DNA of 64,000 nucleotides from an uncultured delta proteobacterium. GTDB lineage: Bacteria > Desulfobacterota > Syntrophobacteria > BM002. The stretch covers positions 107,761-171,760 of the forward strand of contig CAVQGX010000032.1 in assembly GCA_963712115.1 (NCBI GenBank), given 5' to 3'. Shown piece after piece: positions 55,353-64,000 of this stretch (positions within the stretch are counted from its first letter, which is position 1; the number at the start of each line of letters is the position of its first letter). A program made the position numbers and the translations under genes. The notes beneath the pieces were generated by a model. That model did not search any database. It was not told the origin of the DNA and saw only the letters and a list, made by a program, of their open reading frames with translations.

Positions 55353-57389
55353 CTAGTGCCTAGCTGCAATGGCTGCCTCCTGCCCTTCCAACCATGACTG
55401 CACATTCGACCGTAATGCCGATTTCTCGGCCGGACTGATACCCCTTGGATCGAAACGGTAGCGGTAGTGAAGCTTCAGGATAGATGGCAGAGTCTCAATG
55501 GAAGTCAATCTTGGCTGACCCTCCTCGATTCTCTCAATGAAGTTTGAGAACGTCTCCCCCGGATGTCGGACAAAACCTAACTTGTTTAGTCTTTCCACTA
55601 TCAAATAGAATTCCGAGTCCGCTCCGGAGCGAGCCTCAGCCTCGCTGTACTTTTCGTGCATCTCCACCCGGCTCACCCGTTTCTTGCGGTAAACCCTCCA
55701 GGCCAAAAATATTACCAGCGGTATGAGCATCCAACCGATGTAACTTGCTGCGCTGCCCTTTCTCTCGCTCCACCGCCACTTCGACAAATTGTAAACGCAC
55801 CACGACCAGAGATCGGGCAGTCCTCCCCACTTTCTGGCAGTCCTCGCTTCAAGCTCCATCCAGGCGGCGGGGGTGGTATCAAAATCGTGCCAGGCACCAT
55901 CCATGTAAACCAGCGTCCAGGCATGGGCATGGCGTTGTCGCACCAAGAAGGCCTCTTCGAAATCGCTGTATTCGTGAACCGAATACCCTGTGGCATAGCG
56001 AGCCGGAATATCGAGCGCCCTTAAAAGGAGCACAGTTGCCGAGGCAAAGTACTCGCAGTGGCCCGAGCGGGAGGTGAGCAGAAAATCCCCCAATGCGCTT
56101 GTTTTCCTGCTTTCCTTACTCAAAGTGAGCGAATAGCTGAAATTTTTCTTAAAGTGAGAAGCAATACCTGCAATGATCTCCCGCGGAGAACCAGCTTGCA
56201 GTCCCATTTCAGCAATTGTTTTCTGGATGACACTTTGTTCCGCTGGAGGAACGATCAGATCGGCTTCAGTCGGCAGGCTGTCGATGGAAGCATTTCGGGC
56301 ATAGTGCACTCGATAAGTGATAAGACCTGGGCCGTCTTCCACCTGGACGGCTCCGTATTGATTCTGTTCCATTGTAACGACAGGTAACTGTTCAATCCGA
56401 AAAGCACCCATGGGAAGTTTTAGTATCCCTTTGTTCCCAGATAGATACGAGGAAACAGTAAGATTCGATGCAAGTCTGCTTTCAGTGCCCTCTTTGTGAT
56501 GCAGCACCGCACCACTTAAGGTCTGGAGCTTCCAACTGAACTCGTCGTCGGCTGGCTGCACACGTTTAAAACTGGACTGTCTGGCAAACCAGGTGGGTAG
56601 CCTGTAGACATTGAAGCTCATTTCTCTCAAGAGAAGGGTGGATTGGTGCTTGGAGTCCACCTTCACTCTAAAGAGTATCCGGTCAGATGATTTGAGAGTT
56701 CCTATTTCTCCGATCGCGGTTCTGCTTCGATAGGCATCAGGCTCCTTCTCCAGGAACTGGCTATACCACTCAATTGTCTTGTTCTCCACAATCGCCTGTA
56801 ACCGGTGGAGCCAAACGTGTCCAATATAGCCCGCAGACCCCGCCACAAGCAGCAGGCACGCCCAAATTATCACTGAATACCGTTTGGGCCGTATGGACAG
56901 CAGGGCCCAGGCAGAGAGGGATACAAGGCCCAGATAAAACCATATGGTCCTCATATTGGCAGCGCTGGCGGAGAGGATGCAGAGAGTGAAATATGGGTAG
57001 GTGGGGTTAATGGTTATGGGATGCTTCTTTTGCTCTCCCGAGCCTTTTCGCCTCATCATCAAGAAAAGGGCGCTGACATCGATGTCCTCACTTGTGCTGT
57101 ATGCCAGGGAGACCACAAGCGGGAACAAGCTCATGGGGAGCCATTGCAGGAGCACCAGGATGGCGGGGGCCGAGCTTTTAGAGGCCAAGGTGTAAATAAG
57201 CATCCCCAGAAAAATGACAGTGCACAAATCTGAGATGCGATTAAAATCAGTAGTAGAAAAGTCCCACCGTAAAGCAACAAAACGCGATCCTTCAAATACC
57301 AGCGCCATGATCACTGCCGGTATCAGCAGTCCCGTTTGCCAGCCCCAGAAAATTAGGGTTGCGCCGATGATAAAAGAAGGTGGTTTCAT
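55353..57389 (-). CDS. Membrane transglutaminase-like protein (TgpA-like)
   Basis: Multi-TM N-terminus; GHCEYFASA, GY, HAHAW, W..FD.TP catalytic motifs. Confidence 0.9.
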   Translation of the reverse strand: MKPPSFIIGATLIFWGWQTGLLIPAVIMALVFEGSRFVALRWDFSTTDFNRISDLCTVIFLGMLIYTLASKSSAPAILVLLQWLPMSLFPLVVSLAYSTSEDIDVSALFLMMRRKGSGEQKKHPITINPTYPYFTLCILSASAANMRTIWFYLGLVSLSAWALLSIRPKRYSVIIWACLLLVAGSAGYIGHVWLHRLQAIVENKTIEWYSQFLEKEPDAYRSRTAIGEIGTLKSSDRILFRVKVDSKHQSTLLLREMSFNVYRLPTWFARQSSFKRVQPADDEFSWKLQTLSGAVLHHKEGTESRLASNLTVSSYLSGNKGILKLPMGAFRIEQLPVVTMEQNQYGAVQVEDGPGLITYRVHYARNASIDSLPTEADLIVPPAEQSVIQKTIAEMGLQAGSPREIIAGIASHFKKNFSYSLTLSKESRKTSALGDFLLTSRSGHCEYFASATVLLLRALDIPARYATGYSVHEYSDFEEAFLVRQRHAHAWTLVYMDGAWHDFDTTPAAWMELEARTARKWGGLPDLWSWCVYNLSKWRWSERKGSAASYIGWMLIPLVIFLAWRVYRKKRVSRVEMHEKYSEAEARSGADSEFYLIVERLNKLGFVRHPGETFSNFIERIEEGQPRLTSIETLPSILKLHYRYRFDPRGISPAEKSALRSNVQSWLEGQEAAIAARH

Positions 57390-58741
57390 AACTGAGCCAG
57401 TCCCTCTTCAATCTTGCCCACTTCCAGCCTGAGCAGATGCTCCGGGGTTCCGCTCATGGGACCTGGATCCAGGGTAGGAGGACCATCCGCCTCCGCTATC
57501 ACCAGTACCAATGTCGGGACCTGAAGCTCCAGCAAATTTCTAATGAATTCCTGTCTCTCATCATCCCAGCCAAGGAGGACACATATACAGCCACTCAAAA
57601 GGGAAGAACGCTCAAAAACTGTGGGAGGCAAGGTATTGAAAGGTTTGTCCTGACAGGGCTGCACCGAAGCTAGAATCTCCAGCATTCTGTCGGTGTGGGC
57701 GACTCCCCTTCCAGCTGTAAAGCAATAGGCCTCAGGTCCTACAAACATGAGATCGAGCAGGGACTCCTGAGTTTGCACTGTGCAGGCGAACGAGGAGGCG
57801 ACCGATACAGCCTCTTCAAATTTCTCACTCTTCTCTGTGTTCTGGAACGTATCTAAAATCAGTCCGTGTCGCACGAAGAATTCGTCTTGATACTCTTTGA
57901 CCATCGGTTTGCCGGTCTTAGCCCAGCTCCTCCAGTGGATGCGGCGTAACGGGTCTCCCGGACGATAGTCTCTCATGGATATGAACTCTTGGGAGTCCCC
58001 CACAGAATAGGCTAGCGCCACCCCGCCTGGTTGATATTTTCTTCTTCCGGGGAGATTGATGGGGGGTAGACTATAACGTTTGGGAAGGACCAAAACGGAT
58101 TGCTGCACGGGTAGTGCGACGAAGGCTTTGAGCAGACCGAGGGGATCAGGACGGGCAATGGCGAGGCTTGTCAGGTTCAAATTTCCTCGCTGCCCCGGCA
58201 AGATCTCAGCCTGCACTTCTTCCTCACCTTTAGGCGCAATAGTCGCTAAAGTGCGCTCTCTGCTTACTCCTCCCTCTTTTCTGGATACCAGCCACAGCCA
58301 ACGGTGATATCCTATTATGCGGTCAAACAGATTGCGCTTTTCTTGTTTTGGCTCCGCAATCTCCACGAATTCTCTGAAGGTTGGCCGAGGATCATCTGAA
58401 TTGTCGAAGATGCGGAGGTCTCTTTGCTGTTTTGCGCCGGTATTACGAACAACGATGCGGTAAAGGAGAGGTTCACCCACGGTACCAAACCGCGGCAGGA
58501 TTCGTTTGGCCGTAAAGTTGTTTCGAAAGAACAGACTCCACACAATTGAGATTAACAGGAGTGCGAAAAGAAAAGTAAATGCCTGATATGCCACGGTCAG
58601 GTTGGTATCCAGCCCTACCACAGCCGAAGCTGCCACTCCGCCCGCAACCAGCAACCCTGCCTTGCTGAATCGACGTTTATACCAGCGCCATATTGAATAG
58701 TACAGGCGAAAACTCTTGTAGACGAACCTTTGGAGCAGCAA
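57386..58741 (-). CDS. DUF58 domain protein
   Basis: EF.SMRDYRPGDPLRRIHWRSWAK.G..MVKEY, E.AVS.A.S. Confidence 0.92.
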   Translation of the reverse strand: MLLQRFVYKSFRLYYSIWRWYKRRFSKAGLLVAGGVAASAVVGLDTNLTVAYQAFTFLFALLLISIVWSLFFRNNFTAKRILPRFGTVGEPLLYRIVVRNTGAKQQRDLRIFDNSDDPRPTFREFVEIAEPKQEKRNLFDRIIGYHRWLWLVSRKEGGVSRERTLATIAPKGEEEVQAEILPGQRGNLNLTSLAIARPDPLGLLKAFVALPVQQSVLVLPKRYSLPPINLPGRRKYQPGGVALAYSVGDSQEFISMRDYRPGDPLRRIHWRSWAKTGKPMVKEYQDEFFVRHGLILDTFQNTEKSEKFEEAVSVASSFACTVQTQESLLDLMFVGPEAYCFTAGRGVAHTDRMLEILASVQPCQDKPFNTLPPTVFERSSLLSGCICVLLGWDDERQEFIRNLLELQVPTLVLVIAEADGPPTLDPGPMSGTPEHLLRLEVGKIEEGLAQL

Positions 58742-58755
58742 AGAAACTCCTTCTA

Positions 58756-59709
58756 CTACGCCGGAACAGGAATCGTTTCAAGAATTTCTTCCACCACCGC
58801 CTCAGCCGTCCTGCCGGAAAAACGGGCTTGTGGATCCAGTACCATCCTGTGCGCGATTACCGACACGGCAATTTCCTGCACCTGTTCTGGGGCGACAAAC
58901 TCCTGTTCATCAAAAAGCGCAAGGGCCTTGCTTAGATTCATCAAGGCAAGGGATGCTCGCGGACTTGCACCCAACTGAACCCCCGGGGCGGAGCGGGTGG
59001 CGTTGACAAGGTCGACTATATAGCGCTTCAGCTCTTCGCTGATACGCACTTCCTTCACCTCTTCTTTGAGGGCGAGAACATCCCCCACCGTGGCGCAGGG
59101 GGAAATGTCATCTAGGGGGTGGCGCTTTCTTTGGTCGGTGAGAACAGCAACCTCTTCGTGCGCAGATACATACCCGAGACTAAACTGGAGGGCGAAACGA
59201 TCCATCTGGGCTTCGGGAAGCGGATAGGTTCCACGCGATTCCACCGGGTTCTGGGTGGCAATGACAAAAAAAAGATCTTCGAGGCGACACAGTTTACCAT
59301 CAATGCTCACCTGCCCCTCCGCCATTGCCTCCAGCAGGGCCGATTGCGTTCTAGGTGAGGCCCGGTTTATCTCATCGGCAAGCAATATGTTGGTAAAGAT
59401 TGGTCCCTGGTGAAGCCGGAACTCTTGCTCCTTTTGATCAAAAATTGAGACCCCGAGAATATCCGAAGGTAACAGGTCAGGGGTAAACTGGATGCGCTTG
59501 AATTCCGCCTCAATTGAGAGCGCCAGAGTTTTTGCCAGGGTGGTCTTGCCGGTGCCGGGATAGTCCTCCAGAAGCACGTGCCCTCCGCTGGCAAAACCCG
59601 CAAGAAGTTTTCTAATAGCCGCCGCTTGCCCTCGCATTACTTTTTCAACGTTTGCCTTGACTCTTCGGTAGATCTCTTGTGCTGATAAGTCGGACATCCC
59701 ATTCTCCAA
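58756..59709 (-). CDS. MoxR-family AAA+ ATPase
   Basis: HVLLED.PGTGKT, RIQFTPDLLPSD, LADEINRASPRTQSALLEAM, ATQNP, LPEAQMDRF. Confidence 0.96.
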   Translation of the reverse strand: MENGMSDLSAQEIYRRVKANVEKVMRGQAAAIRKLLAGFASGGHVLLEDYPGTGKTTLAKTLALSIEAEFKRIQFTPDLLPSDILGVSIFDQKEQEFRLHQGPIFTNILLADEINRASPRTQSALLEAMAEGQVSIDGKLCRLEDLFFVIATQNPVESRGTYPLPEAQMDRFALQFSLGYVSAHEEVAVLTDQRKRHPLDDISPCATVGDVLALKEEVKEVRISEELKRYIVDLVNATRSAPGVQLGASPRASLALMNLSKALALFDEQEFVAPEQVQEIAVSVIAHRMVLDPQARFSGRTAEAVVEEILETIPVPA

Positions 59710-59733
59710 TCAAATAGAGACGGCATCAGTTAA

Positions 59734-60945
59734 TCACGATGCAGTATTCATTACTTGTGTTTTTTTAAAAAATTTTTTGCTTATTAATTTTCCAATAATC
59801 TTTGTGCAAAAAAAGAATAATATAGTCAGCAGAAACGCGACAGGTGCAGCAGAAAACATATAACCAAAATAGCGCATCCTAAAATATACTGGATATACTA
59901 CTCCATTTTCTATCTCATAATGGCTTATGTAACGATTATCATCGTCATATGTATACAGTTCAATTATTTTTCTTCCGGAAGGTGCTTCTTTAACAACATA
60001 AGAAGCCCCTTCAAATCTGCCAAATTGTATTGATCCATCAAAAGGTTCAAGATAAAAAGTATGATTTGGATTATCGTGCTTAAATGAATTGATATAATCA
60101 AACGGCATCAATACAGCATTGTTTGCCGTAATACCTTCTGACTTGTCAACTAAAGCAATGACTCTGAATCTAGACGGAGGCGTCATTATCGGATATATAA
60201 CTTCGTTCTCCACCTCATAGTGACTGGAATACCGGTCGCAATCACCGTATGTATCCAGTTGAATTCTCAACCTCCCAGCCGACAGTCGTTCAATATCAAA
60301 TCTAGCTCCCTCATCCTCAGTAAATTCCACCCAGCCACCATGAGGCTCCAGATAATAAGTACAGTAGGGATTCGCCAGCACAAATGAATCAATTTCGTCA
60401 AATGACAGCAATTTGGCATTACTTGAAATAGTCCTCTTTGATTTATCAACGAGAGCAAGGACTTTGAAAGAAGGCGAAAGTGAGTCTATTGGATGTATTA
60501 TTTTATTTTCGATTGCATAATGACTGAAATATGAATCGCACCCATGTGAAATTGTCAATTTAACCTCTTGTCTTTCTGGTGATTGCTGTTCAATAGCAAA
60601 TCTAACTCCTTCATACTCCCCAAAATGCACCCACCCGCCAAAGGGTTTTAATGCGAAAGTGCAATTTGGGTTATCACGTTTAAATAGATCAATATCCTCA
60701 AACGCTATCAATTTAGCGTTGCCTGAATTGATCCCTTTGAATTTGTCAACCAGGGCAAGTGCTCTGAAATCTGAGGAGGGATTCATTTGAGCGCTTAGAT
60801 CTATTGCTTCTTTGTGGGAGAGGAACTCAATACCAGCGGCGGTAAGCAAGAAAAAAACAGCAACCCACAGTAAGACCATTAACAATGATTTTGCCAATTT
60901 TAAAAAAAAATCAAATAAAGATTTCACATCGTCTCCGTTGAGCAC
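59734..60945 (-). CDS. AT-rich hypothetical protein: two TM anchors flanking three ~100-aa repeats
   Basis: Three copies of F(R/K)xxALVDK...NA.L..FD.I..F...NP.......P..G...F...EG......S(H)Y..EN..I.P. Confidence 0.8.
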   Translation of the reverse strand: MLNGDDVKSLFDFFLKLAKSLLMVLLWVAVFFLLTAAGIEFLSHKEAIDLSAQMNPSSDFRALALVDKFKGINSGNAKLIAFEDIDLFKRDNPNCTFALKPFGGWVHFGEYEGVRFAIEQQSPERQEVKLTISHGCDSYFSHYAIENKIIHPIDSLSPSFKVLALVDKSKRTISSNAKLLSFDEIDSFVLANPYCTYYLEPHGGWVEFTEDEGARFDIERLSAGRLRIQLDTYGDCDRYSSHYEVENEVIYPIMTPPSRFRVIALVDKSEGITANNAVLMPFDYINSFKHDNPNHTFYLEPFDGSIQFGRFEGASYVVKEAPSGRKIIELYTYDDDNRYISHYEIENGVVYPVYFRMRYFGYMFSAAPVAFLLTILFFFCTKIIGKLISKKFFKKTQVMNTAS

Positions 60946-61316
60946 TCACAAATCATTCCGGAGCTACTACTCCAGTTCTGTGTTAGCATGTAATGTGCCA
61001 AGTGGTGGGATCACGCCTGGACTTGGCGGTGGTGGGAGAAGCGTCAATCATAGACTCTTGGGAAAAATCTTGAAAACTGAGAGGGAAGGGTCAAGCTGTT
61101 ATGGTTTATCTTTGCTCATTTCCTCATATATCCGGTCCCAGCAGCGCTTGGTCGCATTGAGCCCACATGTCACGCAAAAGGGTGGCGATTTCAAAAATGT
61201 CCAATGTCAAGGGCTGCCTCCGTTTTCAAATGCTAGAATACAGGTTTAGGTGCAATAAAAAAGCCAGTTTAAAGAGCTGTGTGGTGGAACAAAAAAAGAA
61301 TGCTAAAAATAAAAAA

Positions 61317-61505
61317 ATGGAGCTTTCCTGGCGGATCGTCATCCTCACAGCTTTGGGACTCACAATTTTATGGTTCTACCTTATGCCAGAATCCCTCCTG
61401 TTTGATGAAGAATCGCTCAGTAACTGGGAGTGGGTGGTCGAGTCTGTAGTCCGATTTGTGGCTTGTCTGGGTGTAAGTATTGGAGCCTTTGTCCACTGGA
61501 GATAA
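61317..61505 (+). CDS. Small two-TM membrane protein
   Basis: MELSWRIVILTALGLTILWFYL...VVRFVACLGVSIGAFVHWR; weak RBS. Confidence 0.45.
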   Translation: MELSWRIVILTALGLTILWFYLMPESLLFDEESLSNWEWVVESVVRFVACLGVSIGAFVHWR

Positions 61506-61917
61506 TTGGGTGGTCAGCATGAAGGGGTGGAATAAAAAAGCATTTAGCATTTATTACTTCAATGTGAAGCCAAAGAAGAAGCTGAGCCGAAGCTCCGCAA
61601 GGGTGTTTGGGAAATTAATAGTCCAACCCTACGCTAGATATGGTAGCTGATTCTCAAACCGCAGAGTGTGGAGTATGTGATATGAAATTTCAGTAGACCA
61701 ATGTTAACTTCAGATAGCTAACTCTATACCACATTCGCAAATTGGGAAATCACGGCCAGAAGGATGCGAAATAAATCTCATATGCAAAAAAGAGTCTTGA
61801 CCCGATTAGTCCACTGTGAGAAAAAATATCAATCTTTAGCAACACTCGTATAGGGAGAGAATCATTCCGCGTCAATACCAAGAAGACATTTCGCTCATTG
61901 AAGACCTCAAAAGCACA

Positions 61918-62457
61918 TTGGGTAGACAGCCCAAGGTTTTGAATGTCGGATCAGGTCCCGGGCAGGTGGAAGGCTATCTGAACGTTGACCTTTGTCTACT
62001 CGAAGGTGTGGATGTAGTTGCCGACCTCCATAAAATCCCTTGGCCCTTCAGAGATGATCAATTTGAGATTATTCTGTGTAATCATTATATTGAACATGCC
62101 AAGGACATAGTGCAAACTATGGAAGAAATAAACCGCATTGGCAAGAATGGGTGCCAGGTTGTAATTCGGACGCCCTATTTTGCCAATTATGAATCTTTTC
62201 GTGATCCCACCCATCGTTGGCACCTAACTTGGGAATCTCTTGACTACTTCACAACTAATAGCCCACGCTCAAGTTATTTTACGAAATGTAAATTTAGGAT
62301 GGTGAAGAAAAAACTCACTTTCGCCCACCCTTGGAGACACCCGGGTTACTATCTGTTTCGCCTTAATGTAAGAACATACGAGAAGTATTTCTCTCACCTT
62401 TTCCCTGGCACCTGGCTAATTGTACAAATGGAAGTGAGCAAGGAATTGAAGGACTAG
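61918..62457 (+). CDS. Class I SAM-dependent methyltransferase-domain protein
   Basis: VLNVGSG, NVD, DVVADL...PWPF.D, H.IEH, E..RI.K.G, DPTH. Confidence 0.85.
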   Translation: MGRQPKVLNVGSGPGQVEGYLNVDLCLLEGVDVVADLHKIPWPFRDDQFEIILCNHYIEHAKDIVQTMEEINRIGKNGCQVVIRTPYFANYESFRDPTHRWHLTWESLDYFTTNSPRSSYFTKCKFRMVKKKLTFAHPWRHPGYYLFRLNVRTYEKYFSHLFPGTWLIVQMEVSKELKD

Positions 62458-62883
62458 AAGAAGGACGTTGGGCTTAACTGCCTTGAAGCTGAAATTCCTG
62501 CAACCAAGCATAGCATTCTAAGCTAATAACACAGATGGAGAGCTTCTTACAGACTCACTGAATGTAGTTACTTACCCTTTTCCCCTTCCACGACCTGAGC
62601 TTGTCGAAGGTTAGCCGCGATCTTATACCTCTTACAACAAATGACAGCGAAGCGGACTGACGCCGAAGGCATATGACGGCGCAGCCAAGTGACAAATGTG
62701 AAATGAAGAAATGCCAAATGATAAATCCCACGCTCCATGCTCTATGCCCTATGCTCCATGCCTTATCGCCATGCGCCATGCTATGATTCAACGGAGATCT
62801 TGTATGACCTGCTGCCCTCTGGTAGTATTATACTTTCAAGCTGCAACGGGCTGCTCTTTCTTTTTTTAGAGAAAGGATCAATC

Positions 62884-63060
62884 ATGCTGAAAGTATTTCT
62901 GGGTTTTAGTTTTGATCAGCACCAAATCACTGGTCAGCAAATTTACAACGCAAGAGAGTTTTTCGGAAAACTCCACCATGATCTTGCAGAATCCTACGGA
63001 GAATCAGCAAGACCCGTGCAATTGGTTCAGAAAACATCATCGAACAAATCGACCTTCTGA
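62884..63060 (+). CDS. Small hypothetical protein (58 aa)
   Basis: GAAAGGA RBS before the ATG; no family recognised. Confidence 0.3.
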   Translation: MLKVFLGFSFDQHQITGQQIYNAREFFGKLHHDLAESYGESARPVQLVQKTSSNKSTF

Positions 63061-63212
63061 GAAATAGTCTCGGTGAAGTAGTGTGCACTGAGAATCCCGA
63101 TCGGGAAGATTGGAAACTTGACCAATGCTATTACTCTGTGAGTGATTAGCCAGCGGCAGCCCATTGTGCTCGGGGACGTCTCCCTTGGCCCGCTTGGAGG
63201 AGGTTCGCCACG

Positions 63213-63461
63213 GTGCTGGAAAAGACTTGCTATCTTTGCGGGGCCTGGATTAGAGAGGATCGGATAAGTATTACCAGGATTCCACTTTGGCGCGACATCT
63301 GGAGAAAAATGATCCAGAACGATGGAAAAAGATACAGACGCGGCCATGGCCTTTTTAAACGATCAAGGCGAAGTCGTGACTTTTTGCTTCACCCTGTGCT
63401 CTCATGCGACCAAGCGTTGCTGGGACGGATACAGTCGACGTCGGCTGAGCCTAACTCTTAA
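63213..63461 (+). pseudogene. Frameshifted small Cys-rich protein
   Basis: GGAGG RBS, CYLC at the start, FC.TC...ATKRCWD in another frame; homologous fragment at 61100-61185. Confidence 0.4.
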
Positions 63462-63580
63462 TTCACCTCGGTCCGATTACCGCGACGTTCATACAAAACT
63501 AAAAAACTTAAGAACGTCACCTAATCACGCCCCTAAATGCCGGCTGTCCGCTGCCAGCTGCAAGCTGAGAGGGGAGCGTC

Positions 63581-63971
63581 ATGAAATTCCATCACGTCGG
63601 GATGGTGCTGCGGTTGGTCAGCGTCGCCGAGAAGCTGTGCCGACAGAGACTTAAGGACGATGAGCCCCGGCCTGGGGGCCGGTTCCGGCCTTTCAGTGTG
63701 CTGTTGCTTTCTCGACCAGGTTTCCGATGATCGAATTCGTCGTGCCCGAGCCGGAGTCGAGGCTCGTCAAGTTCCTCGGGGGCAAGTCCGTCCTCCACCA
63801 CATCGCGTTTGCCGTCAAGGACGTCCGGAATCCTGTGCCTTTTTCGCCGGGTGACCGCATATTCGATGAGCCAGCGGCTGTCCCCGTCCAGGGGCTTCTG
63901 GTCAGCTTCTCGAACCCCTTGCTCAGGGGCTCCTCGTTGAGGTGGTGCAGGAGCCAAAGAACAAGATTTGA
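63581..63971 (+). pseudogene. Frameshifted VOC-family (methylmalonyl-CoA epimerase/glyoxalase-like) gene
   Basis: MKFHHVGMV, then IEFVVP...LHHIAFAVKDV, then G.LVEVVQ, lying in different reading frames. Confidence 0.7.
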
Positions 63972-64000
63972 TTGCGCACCGGAGGTTGACAATCCGATGC

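Larger units (their letters stand above)
50697..64000. mobile_element. Probable decaying genomic island integrated at tRNA-Leu; right boundary not seen
   Basis: tRNA 3' fragment, adjacent direct and inverted repeats, switch to hypothetical and AT-rich genes, pseudogenes; no integrase seen in the window. Confidence 0.5.

Noticed and set aside
61555-61615. Fragment resembling a thermonuclease C-terminus (EA....RKGVW)
   Set aside because: Too short to support a call.
63592-63992. Minus-strand ORFs of 121 and 99 aa
   Set aside because: Antisense shadows of the plus-strand VOC pseudogene.

Overview
Mostly core chromosome of a probable Desulfobacterota (deltaproteobacterial) anaerobe; this placement is inferred from gene content (selB, the sirC-ccsA-hemA cluster, sigma-54 systems). 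Bases 1-50,500 hold intact housekeeping genes: gatCA, an LpoA-like lipoprotein, hrcA-grpE-dnaK with a perfect CIRCE, a sigma-54 two-component system, rarA, a branched-chain amino acid ABC transporter with three binding proteins, der, amgK/murU/nagZ-like recycling genes, ssb, tatA, hemA-ccsA-sirC, plsC, ftsK, lolA, pgeF, pyrK-pyrD and selB. At 50,638-50,696 there is only the 3' half of a tRNA-Leu(CAA), which looks like an att site. The sequence to its right is accessory: hypothetical genes, a truncated NDT-like gene, LOG, a MoxR-DUF58-transglutaminase cassette, an AT-rich repeat protein and frameshifted pseudogenes. The most interesting candidates are: (1) a sigma-54-dependent, CU-rich small RNA between the regulator and hrcA, with a 4x11-bp candidate enhancer and an activator that has an atypical C-terminal winged helix; (2) inverted pairs of degenerate 7-9-mer arrays in most intergenic regions, nested inside each other and inside a three-copy MITE; (3) a LivG ATPase with a ~135-aa transmembrane insertion; (4) structured leader RNAs in the island. 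All calls come from reading the sequence by eye; no searches were run.
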